Below are positions 34,551 through 42,030 of a stretch of 64,000 bases of DNA, piece by piece. The notes under the pieces are model-generated. The model saw only the letters and a program-made list of their open reading frames with translations. It was not told where the DNA came from and ran no database searches. A program made the translations under genes and the position numbers. This stretch comes from an uncultured Acidobacteriota bacterium (GTDB taxonomy: Bacteria; Acidobacteriota; UBA6911): NCBI GenBank assembly GCA_963843575.1, contig CAWJKZ010000017.1, forward strand, positions 96,001-160,000, in the 5' to 3' direction. Position 1 is the stretch's first letter. Every line of letters begins with the position of its first letter.

Positions 34551-34952
34551 TCAGCCGCGGCCCAGCGCCGCCGCAACCCGCTCCAGCTTTGCACGCGCTT
34601 CTCGGGCGACGTCCTGGAGACCGGGCTTTTCGACGACCGCGAGCATGCTCAACGGGTCCACGATCGACACTTCCGAGACGCCCGGGTCCACCTGCCGGAC
34701 CACGACGTTGCAGGGGAGCAGCAGGCCGACTTCGGGCGCAACCGTCAGCGCACGGTGCGCCAGCGGCGCGTTGCAGGCGCCGAGGATCCGATAGGGGCCG
34801 AACTCCACCCCCAGTTTCTTCTTCATCGTCTGGGCCACGTCGATTTCCGTGAGGACGCCGAATCCCTCCGCCTGGAGAGCCTCGGTGGCCTTCCGGACCG
34901 CGGTTTCGTAGTCGGCGTTCAGCCGCACCGTCAATCCAAGTTTCGTATCCAC
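34551..34952 (-). CDS. DUF302 domain protein
   Basis: GFGVLTEID, YRILGACN, GLLLPCNVVV. Confidence 0.88.
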   Translation of the reverse strand: MDTKLGLTVRLNADYETAVRKATEALQAEGFGVLTEIDVAQTMKKKLGVEFGPYRILGACNAPLAHRALTVAPEVGLLLPCNVVVRQVDPGVSEVSIVDPLSMLAVVEKPGLQDVAREARAKLERVAAALGRG

Positions 34953-35001
34953 AGGAGCCTCGCTGGACAGCCTAGCAGGGGCAGTTTGGTGGTGCAATCC
35001 A

Positions 35002-36297
35002 TCAGGAAAAACGGGTGCGCTTCCACAGGGCCCACCCGCAGTACAAGAGGAAGCCGAGGGTCGCGACCAGGAGCACGATCGTCCAGAACCAGTTCATGGG
35101 CAGCGACTGCGCCTCCGCTCCATACGCCAGCCAGACGAACACCGCCAGCGCCGCGGCGAACACCGCCATCTCCCACCAGGAACGCGAGCGCTTCTCCTGG
35201 CCGAGCGGATCCTCCCCGGCCACCGCCGCTTCCACTCGCTTCTCATCGAGCCTATAGCGCCGGCATTCACGGAGCAGCGCCGCGCGCCACGACGCCTGCT
35301 CGGAGGCGGGGGCCTCGGCCCGGCTGATCGCGATCGCGCCGGCGATCATGACGGCGGACCCGCCGACGATCAGCCCCTGGTGCACTCCCCCCGTCCCCGC
35401 CAGTTCGCCAAACACCAGGGCGCCCCAGGCGAGTCCCCACAGCTGGTTGGTGTTCGACAGCGGGATGCCGCGGCCGATTCCGATGTACTTGGCCGCGTAC
35501 TGCTGGAACAGGTCGCCCACCACCCAGCAGAACCCCCCCAGGAACAGCCAGAAGAGCGCCGGCCGGATCTGCGTGATCGCCTGCACGAACGGCGACCACC
35601 CGCCCAGGAAAGACAGGGCAAGGATCCCCATCGTGAGCAACTCGCCGACGGTGAAGATAGTGACGAAAGACAGCGGGTTGGCCCCGCTGATGTACGCCTT
35701 GCGGTAAGGGATGTACATCGTCCCCCAGAGGAGGCCCGCGCCGAGCGCGGCCGCGATCCCCGCACCCGAACGGACCGCCGCGCCGGCCGGCGCGTGGGAG
35801 GACGCCAGACCGATGATGCACGCGCCGCAGACGATGGCGGCGGCGCCGCCCAGCACCTTGACCCACTGCTCCTTCCCCGCGCCGCGCAACTCGTTGAACA
35901 GCAGCCAGCCCCAGAAGAGGCCGACCAGGCTGTTGACGTTCCACAGCGGGAACGCCACCGAAATCCCCACGTCGCGGATCGCGAAGATCGTGAGCGTGTT
36001 CGCCACCGCCCACAGCGCTCCGGCCAGGATCGCCCAAACGACAAGGTGGGGCTTCTCCTTCAGGTCCCAGAACACGTAGGAACTTCCCTTCAACGCCATC
36101 GGCAGCGTCCAGCGCGCGACGAACACCCCCGTGACCATCCCGAGCGACACCAGGAACGGCGAGAAACCCAGGGTAACCAGTTTCGTGGGCGCTTCAGCAG
36201 CACCGAGCCACGCGCCCGCTGCGAGGCCGCACAGCACGCCGAGGACGTGGAGGGAACGGGTCTGCTTTTCAGGGACGGGTTTTGGTTTTGCGGACAA
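35002..36297 (-). CDS. GRP/GlcU-family sugar transporter (DMT superfamily)
   Basis: GAAEAPTK, AFPLWNVNSLVG, GIPLSNTNQLWG; about 12 TM segments; TTG start after AGGAGG. Confidence 0.8.
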   Translation of the reverse strand: MSAKPKPVPEKQTRSLHVLGVLCGLAAGAWLGAAEAPTKLVTLGFSPFLVSLGMVTGVFVARWTLPMALKGSSYVFWDLKEKPHLVVWAILAGALWAVANTLTIFAIRDVGISVAFPLWNVNSLVGLFWGWLLFNELRGAGKEQWVKVLGGAAAIVCGACIIGLASSHAPAGAAVRSGAGIAAALGAGLLWGTMYIPYRKAYISGANPLSFVTIFTVGELLTMGILALSFLGGWSPFVQAITQIRPALFWLFLGGFCWVVGDLFQQYAAKYIGIGRGIPLSNTNQLWGLAWGALVFGELAGTGGVHQGLIVGGSAVMIAGAIAISRAEAPASEQASWRAALLRECRRYRLDEKRVEAAVAGEDPLGQEKRSRSWWEMAVFAAALAVFVWLAYGAEAQSLPMNWFWTIVLLVATLGFLLYCGWALWKRTRFS

Positions 36298-36324
36298 GCA
36301 GGCCTCCTTTTCGGCTGGGCCACT

Positions 36325-36423
36325 TCAGTGCAGCAGGATGAGGAGCGTGAAGCCCACGATCAGCACGATCGCGGGGATCCAGAAATGACTGTCGGTGAGG
36401 ACCCGGTGCAAGAGTGAGGGCAT
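36325..36423 (-). CDS. 32-aa single-TM small protein upstream of the sugar transporter
   Basis: MPSLLHRVLTDSHFWIPAIVLIVGFTLLILLH with RBS GGAGG; 27 nt gap to the transporter start. Confidence 0.65.
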   Translation of the reverse strand: MPSLLHRVLTDSHFWIPAIVLIVGFTLLILLH

Positions 36424-36512
36424 GGTGCCTCCGCAGGCGATGTCGCCGCCGAGGATACCAGATTCGCCCCTCGCTCGCGACATTGGAGTGGGCCGCGGCG
36501 GCCCGCCGCGGC

Positions 36513-36558
36513 CGGGAGCCGTCAGCAAAATGTGAAATTATTCTTGCGCGAGCCCTTA
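36513..36558. repeat. Solo end of MITE-B
   Basis: 36513-36559 is identical over 47 nt to 55157-55203. Confidence 0.8.
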
Positions 36559-36765
36559 GTACCGATGTTCACAAATACGCCAACGTGTTTTTCAGGACGC
36601 GGATGCGCGCGGACCCCCACGGATCAACCTGGCGGCAGGCCGCGTCCGATCCGCGTGAATCCGTTGGATCCGCGGAATCTGCGTTCTGTTTTGGCTCTTG
36701 TCTTTCATCGCCCGTGTTGTTCTGCGTCCTGAAAAATACGTCAGCGTACTTATGAGACTGTGTAC
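36559..36765. mobile_element. MITE-C, 207 bp, ~45-bp imperfect TIRs, TTA duplication
   Basis: TTA|GTACCGATG...TTTTTCAGGACGCGGA ... TCTGCGTCCTGAAAAATACG...GTGTAC|TTA; contains an ATCCG ~9-mer foldback. Confidence 0.65.
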
Positions 36766-37482
36766 TTAGTTCGCCCGCCGCCCGCCGTTGCTGCCAGACA
36801 TGAACGAGAGGATCCGGGGCGTGTCGGTCAGGTCGGGGACGAGGAGGTCCGGCGCGTGGGCGGCAAGTTCCGCCAGCGTGTAGCGGGCGCTCGCGACCGC
36901 GATCACCGAGGCGCCGGCGGCCCGGCCGTGGATGACGTCGAGCGGCGTGTCCCCGATGACGACCGCTGAATCCACGGTTGTCGGGGCGACAGCTCGCGCA
37001 CCCCGCTCCATCCCCGTCCGGATCAGAGCCGTGCGGTCGTCGGAATCGGAACCGTACCCCCCGAAGCCGAAGTAGTGGTCGAGCCCGGCGCGCGACAGCT
37101 TGATCCGCGCCCCGGCCTCTAGGTTTCCCGTGACCAGTCCGAGCGCGAAATCGGGCCGGGCCGCAAGCGCGTCCAGCAAGCCGGCGACGCCGGGCAGCAC
37201 GCGGATGTGACCGCTTCTCTGCGCCAGGGTCATCTCCTGGTCCAGGCAGGACAGGTAGGACGCGAACAGGTCTTCCCTCGACTGATCGGTCCATCGGCCC
37301 TCCTGGCCGAAGTGGCGCAGCAACTCCCGGGCGATGACCGGGTCGGTCTTGCCGTCGGGGCGGATGACCTCGTTCTCGACGGTGACGGCAAACACCTCGT
37401 GCAGCGCACGGTAGAAGGCGCGCATGCCCGCGCCGCCCGTGAGCACGAGTGTCCCATCGATGTCGAAGAGTGCTAGTCGCAT
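36766..37482 (-). CDS. HAD-superfamily hydrolase
   Basis: FDIDGTL, VTGN, IGDTPLD. Confidence 0.9.
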   Translation of the reverse strand: MRLALFDIDGTLVLTGGAGMRAFYRALHEVFAVTVENEVIRPDGKTDPVIARELLRHFGQEGRWTDQSREDLFASYLSCLDQEMTLAQRSGHIRVLPGVAGLLDALAARPDFALGLVTGNLEAGARIKLSRAGLDHYFGFGGYGSDSDDRTALIRTGMERGARAVAPTTVDSAVVIGDTPLDVIHGRAAGASVIAVASARYTLAELAAHAPDLLVPDLTDTPRILSFMSGSNGGRRAN

Positions 37483-37567
37483 AGGTGCGCAGTATGTCAG
37501 AAGCCGCCCCGCGAGCCAAGGGTGCGCTCCCCGGGGATTGCCGCCCCCGGAAATGCGCTAACATTCG

Positions 37568-37656
37568 AGGACGCAGATCTGCGCGGATACACGCAGATAC
37601 TGACTTGGTGCCAGGCCGCGTGGATCCGTGAAATCCGTGGAAATCCGCGTTCTGTT
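37568..37656. repeat. ATCCG(C/T)G ~9-mer foldback repeat
   Basis: ACGCAGAT/CGCGGAT units inverted against ATCCGTG/ATCCGCG units; homologous to 36594-36690. Confidence 0.65.
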
Positions 37657-37725
37657 GTGTTAAGCGGTGCAACAGCCCCATCTGGCGGCCGGGTATTCGC
37701 ACAACATTACCTGGCGGCAACGGCC

Positions 37726-38406
37726 ATGAGCTTCGCCCCTTTCGGACTCGACCACGTCGTCGCGCTGCTGGCGATCGCGTCGCTCGCCTGTGTCGTCTGG
37801 CACGCCGGCCGCAACGACCGCCAGGCACGGCTGATCGCCTGGGCACTTGCCCTGGTGCTGGCGTCCTACGCCGGCGTGGCTTACGTCCAGAAGGGAGTGG
37901 CGGGCGAGTTGAGCTGGGAGTATTCGCTCCCGCTGGAGCTCTGCCATTGGGTCATGATCGCCTGCCTGGTCTCGCTGCTGCATCCATCGCGCACGGCCGG
38001 TGAGATGGCCTATTTCTGGGGATTCGGCGGGACCGTTCAGGCCCTCGTCACGCCCGATCTCGGCTACGGCTTCCCCAGCTGGGACTTCATCCAGTTCTTC
38101 TGGAGCCACGGCGCGGTCGTGCTGGCGATAGTTTTCATCCTCTCCAGGCGAAGCTTCCGGCCGGGTCCCGGAAGCGTGACGCGCGCCATCCTGGGATTGA
38201 ACGTCTACGCCGCGGTGGCCGGGTTGCTGGATTTCGTCTTCGGCTGGAACTACGGCTATCTCCGCAGCAAACCCCTGCAGCCTTCACTCCTGGATTATCT
38301 CGGCCAGTGGCCGTGGTACCTCGTCTCGCTCGAAGTGTTGGCGCTTGTGCTTTTCTGGCTGCTCTATCTCCCATGGGCGCAGGCGGCCCACAGCCGCCGA
38401 TCCTGA
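37726..38406 (+). CDS. TIGR02206/YwaF-family integral membrane protein
   Basis: LPLELC, QALVTPD, FFWSHG, NYGYLRSKP, SLLDYLGQWPWY. Confidence 0.88.
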   Translation: MSFAPFGLDHVVALLAIASLACVVWHAGRNDRQARLIAWALALVLASYAGVAYVQKGVAGELSWEYSLPLELCHWVMIACLVSLLHPSRTAGEMAYFWGFGGTVQALVTPDLGYGFPSWDFIQFFWSHGAVVLAIVFILSRRSFRPGPGSVTRAILGLNVYAAVAGLLDFVFGWNYGYLRSKPLQPSLLDYLGQWPWYLVSLEVLALVLFWLLYLPWAQAAHSRRS

Positions 38407-38492
38407 CTTCCCGCCGTGTCAATGGCGGCGGGAGCGCACCACCCAGGCGGCGCTCCCGGGCACCTCTTGTACCCGGGAGCGTATTCGCCCGA

Positions 38493-38834
38493 CTAACGGT
38501 CGGATTTCTGGATCTCGATCCTCTGGGCGTGCTTCTTGTTGTCGGATTCCGTGTACTGTACCGAAACCCGGGTCCCCGTCTCGCTGGCGAGGCCCTGAAC
38601 GGTTGTCTGGCTTCCCTGCACCTCCGTATTCGTGTCGTAGTGGAACTGAACCTCCTCGCCGTTTTCCTGCTTGATCGTGAACACCTGATTGTCGGCATCC
38701 ACTTTCACGAGCTGTCCCTGAACCGTCTTGGTGTCCGTCGACATCTGGGCCGACTGCGCTCCTGCCGCAACGGCGGAGAGAGCGGCGATCAACGTAAGTG
38801 CCAGCACCACGACGCTTGTACGCAAATGTCTCAT
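38493..38834 (-). CDS. Small secreted beta-barrel protein (DUF5666-like)
   Basis: Signal peptide; VQGQLVKVD..FTI..DTNTEV..GTRVSV..AQRIEI; RBS AAGGAG. Confidence 0.65.
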   Translation of the reverse strand: MRHLRTSVVVLALTLIAALSAVAAGAQSAQMSTDTKTVQGQLVKVDADNQVFTIKQENGEEVQFHYDTNTEVQGSQTTVQGLASETGTRVSVQYTESDNKKHAQRIEIQKSDR

Positions 38835-38997
38835 ATCTGAACTCCTTTCCAAGGTGTGGACAGTCCACACCAACCCCGAGCAGAGGACGCAACGGGGATT
38901 GGCTTATTAGCAATGCAAATTGAGCTCCAGGAACGGATTTCGCAGAACCTGCAGTTTTCACAGAAATCGCAGTATTGATGTTTTCGATTGTCTTCGC

Positions 38998-39006
38998 TGA
39001 TATAAT
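38998..39006 (+). promoter_or_regulatory. Extended -10 promoter (TGaTATAAT)
   Basis: Lies in an AT-richer divergent spacer, 38 nt before ATG 39045. Confidence 0.5.
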
Positions 39007-39044
39007 CGGGGCGCCGACAACGCGCAGTACGTGGTTGCCCATAC

Positions 39045-39572
39045 ATGAAGTCCGTGTGCATTTCTGCCTTAAACCGTGTTTGCCTCGCTGTACTTCTCGC
39101 AGCAGCGCTCCCTTTAAAGGCCCAATCCGCGGCCCGCGACGAGGTTCGCACCCGGGCCGAGCATGAAATCTGCGCGATAATCCAGCGTCTGAGCGGGCCC
39201 CTCGGCATCGAGCAGCAGGTTACGATCTCGATCGGGAACGGGAATTCGCGGCTCGTCTCGGTGGAGCAGGTTTCAGCGAAGCCGGTGGTGTTCCGCATCT
39301 CGTTCGAGGAAGAATTCCTCTACACCCTGGATGCGAACGCCCTGAGTGCGGCCATAGCACACGAGTTGGGCCACATCTGGATATTCACACACTTCCCCTA
39401 TCTGCATACGGAGTCGCTGGCCAATCAGCATGCGCTGAAGGTCGTCTCGCGCGAGGATCTCGACGGCTTGTACGAGAAAGTGCGCAGGTGGAAGCGGGAG
39501 AATCTGGAACGCCCCAGTACGGTGCCCGCCCTATCGACACCTGCAGCTCTGGATGGCAACACGCCGCGGTGA
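39045..39572 (+). CDS. Small secreted HExxH metalloprotease-like protein (M48/M56-like)
   Basis: Signal peptide; AAIAHELGHI; downstream ESLAN. Confidence 0.6.
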   Translation: MKSVCISALNRVCLAVLLAAALPLKAQSAARDEVRTRAEHEICAIIQRLSGPLGIEQQVTISIGNGNSRLVSVEQVSAKPVVFRISFEEEFLYTLDANALSAAIAHELGHIWIFTHFPYLHTESLANQHALKVVSREDLDGLYEKVRRWKRENLERPSTVPALSTPAALDGNTPR

Positions 39573-39639
39573 AAGACGTCGGACAGCCTCTTTAGCCCCG
39601 GTCTCCCTGGGGGGCACAGAGGCGAATTGTGTTTTCCTG

Positions 39640-41733
39640 CTAGTTCAAGCCGCGGCGGGCCAATAGGGGTGCCACTCCGGGCTCGGCGCCGCGGAATGCC
39701 TTGTACAGGTTCATCGCCTCGTCCGTTCCACCGCGCTCCAGGATGTTGGTCCTGAACGAGCGCGCGGTCGCCGGATCGAAAATCCCTTTCTCTTTGAAGG
39801 CCTGGAAGGCGTCGGCATCGAGCACTTCGCTCCAGATGTAGCTATAGTATCCGGCCGAGTAGCCGCCGCCCGGACCGAAGATGTGGTTGAAGTACGGGCT
39901 GCGGTACCGGACGACGATCTCGGGTAGCATCTGGAGTTTTTGCATCGACTGCCGTTCAAACGCGGTCGTGTCGGGCGTCTGCCCGGCCTGCAGCGTGTGC
40001 CAGTCCATATCCAGGATCGAGGCGGCCAGGTATTCGACGGTGGCGAAGCCCTGGTCGAATTTCTCCGACTGTTTGATCTTGTCGATCAACGCATCCGGGA
40101 TCGGCTCGTTGGACTGGTAATGCCGCGCGTAGACCTTCAACACCTCGGGTTCGAGCGCCCAGTTCTCCATGATCTGCGACGGGAGCTCGACGAAGTCGCG
40201 CGGCACCGACGAGAGGCCGCGATACGGGATGCGGGCCAGCAGCGAGTGCAACGCGTGCCCGAACTCGTGAAACAGGGTGGAGGTTTCCTCCAGACTGAGG
40301 AGCGCGGGCGTGTTCCCGCTCGGGCGGGTGAAGTTGCAGACGTTGACGACGACGGGTCGGATGTCGCGGCCGTTCTTGATCCACTGTTCGCGGAACCGGC
40401 TGCTCCAGGCGCCGACGCGCTTGCCCGGGCGCGGGTGATAGTCGGCGTAGAAGACGCCGAGGTGCGACCCGTCGCCATCCTTGACCTCGAACGCTCTGAC
40501 CTCCGGGTTGTAGACGGGGAGGTCGGGCCGGGGCACAAAGCGCAGCCCATACAGCTTGCCGGCCACATAGAAAGCGCCGTCGCGCACACGCTCGAGCTGG
40601 AAGTACGGCCGCAGCTCCTGCTCGTCGAGGTCGTACCGCTGCTTGCGGAGCTTTTCGGTGTAGTAACGCCAGTCCCAGGGCTCGAGCCTGAACGAGTCAC
40701 CGCCTGTGCGGATCATCTGCTGCAGCGCTGCCGCTTCCTTGAGCGCGACCGCGCGGGCGGGCTCCCACAGCTGCCTCAGGAGTCCGAAGACGCGGTCCGG
40801 CGTCTTGGCCATATTCTCCTCGAGCACGAAGTCGGCGTGTGAACGGTATCCCAGGAGGCGCGCCTTTTCGGCGCGCAGTACCGCGGTGCGCGCCAGGATG
40901 GCCTTGTTGTCGGAGCTGTCGCCGTGGTCGCAACGCGTCGTATAGGCGGTGAGGATCTGCCGCCGCAGCTCGCGGCGCTCCGAGTACTGCAGGAAGGGCC
41001 AGATGCTCGGGGCCTGCAGCGTGAAAACCCACTTCCCTTCCAAACCGGCCGCCCGGGCTGCGTCCGCCGCGGCCGCGATCACGGGAGCCGGCAGGCCCGC
41101 AAGATCATCCTGCCTGTCGATCACGAGCCGGTAAGCGTTCGTCTCGCGCAGAAGGTTGTCGCCAAACTGTATCCCGAGGGCCGTAAGCTCCTGGTTCATC
41201 GTTCGCAGCCGTTCCTTCTGCGCGGGGTCGAGCTTGGCGCCCCCCCGAACGAAGCTGCGGTAGGTGTCTCCAAGCAGCCTCGCCTGGATCGCATTCAGCC
41301 CGGGCGCGTCCCTCTTCTCCCACAGGCTGTCGACGCGCCGGAAAAGCGCCTCGTTCAGCCGGATGTCGTCGCGCAGGGCACTGAGCATCGGCGCCACCTC
41401 GCGGTTGATCGCCTGCAGCCGGGGATTTGTCTCCGCAGAGCTCAGGTTGGAAAAAACCGAGCCTACTTTCGACAGGAGCTCGCCCGACGCGTCCAGGGCC
41501 TCGATGGTATTGGCAAAGGAGGGAGTGGCCGGGTCTTTGGCGATGGTGTCGACTTCGGCCCGCTGTCGGGCGATCGCCTCTTTAAACGCGGGGACGAAGT
41601 GTTCTTCCCGGATCGAGCCGAAAGGCGGGACCCCGAAGGGCGTGGTCCACTCCTGCAGCAGCGGGTTTTCAGGCGGCGCCGGCGCGAGGGTGGCGGAAGC
41701 GAAAAGGATGAGGGAAAGGATGACCTTGGCCAT
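39640..41733 (-). CDS. dcp: Peptidyl-dipeptidase Dcp (M3 family) with signal peptide
   Basis: NPLL, PPF, FHEFGHALH, DFVELPSQ, HIF..GYSAGYYSYIWSE. Confidence 0.9.
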   Translation of the reverse strand: MAKVILSLILFASATLAPAPPENPLLQEWTTPFGVPPFGSIREEHFVPAFKEAIARQRAEVDTIAKDPATPSFANTIEALDASGELLSKVGSVFSNLSSAETNPRLQAINREVAPMLSALRDDIRLNEALFRRVDSLWEKRDAPGLNAIQARLLGDTYRSFVRGGAKLDPAQKERLRTMNQELTALGIQFGDNLLRETNAYRLVIDRQDDLAGLPAPVIAAAADAARAAGLEGKWVFTLQAPSIWPFLQYSERRELRRQILTAYTTRCDHGDSSDNKAILARTAVLRAEKARLLGYRSHADFVLEENMAKTPDRVFGLLRQLWEPARAVALKEAAALQQMIRTGGDSFRLEPWDWRYYTEKLRKQRYDLDEQELRPYFQLERVRDGAFYVAGKLYGLRFVPRPDLPVYNPEVRAFEVKDGDGSHLGVFYADYHPRPGKRVGAWSSRFREQWIKNGRDIRPVVVNVCNFTRPSGNTPALLSLEETSTLFHEFGHALHSLLARIPYRGLSSVPRDFVELPSQIMENWALEPEVLKVYARHYQSNEPIPDALIDKIKQSEKFDQGFATVEYLAASILDMDWHTLQAGQTPDTTAFERQSMQKLQMLPEIVVRYRSPYFNHIFGPGGGYSAGYYSYIWSEVLDADAFQAFKEKGIFDPATARSFRTNILERGGTDEAMNLYKAFRGAEPGVAPLLARRGLN

Positions 41734-41780
41734 GGGTGTTGGTTCCTCCGATATGAAGAACTAGCGCAAGCGTTCTAGAA

Positions 41781-42006
41781 CAAGTGGGCCCGGGCTTCAG
41801 CCCGGACGCTGTTTGCAGTCGCTATAACGTGCGCCCGTCGCCACATAGATCAGATCAAAAGACGTCCGGGCTGAAGCCCGGACCCACTTGTTTTACGGGC
41901 AGCGCGGGCTGTTCAACCGTTGGACAGCCTCTTCAGCCTGGACGTCTTTTCACTGACCGGTTTGGCGACCGCAAACTGCGTCTGGGCTGAAGCCCGGACC
42001 CACTTG
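41781..42006. repeat. REP cluster: a 110-bp REPIN (41781-41890) plus an inverted deletion-derivative REPIN
   Basis: First unit differs from 21597-21706 at 4 positions. The second unit has lost its left arm to a GGGCTGTTCAAC/GTTGGACAGCCTC palindrome (41906-41931). Confidence 0.85.
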
Positions 42007-42030
42007 TTTCATGCCAAACGCGGGCGCGGG

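Noticed and set aside
31229-34594. 1121-aa ORF suggesting a DUF3788-glycosidase fusion
   Set aside because: Artefact of frameshifts. There is a separate signal-peptide start at 34018 overlapping the DUF3788 stop at 34015.
38899-38916. Sigma54-like TTGGC...GC motif
   Set aside because: The GG-to-GC spacing is not the required 10 nt.
41781-42006. Possible CRISPR array
   Set aside because: The repeats are inverted REP arms with related spacers, not direct repeats with unique spacers, and no cas genes are present.
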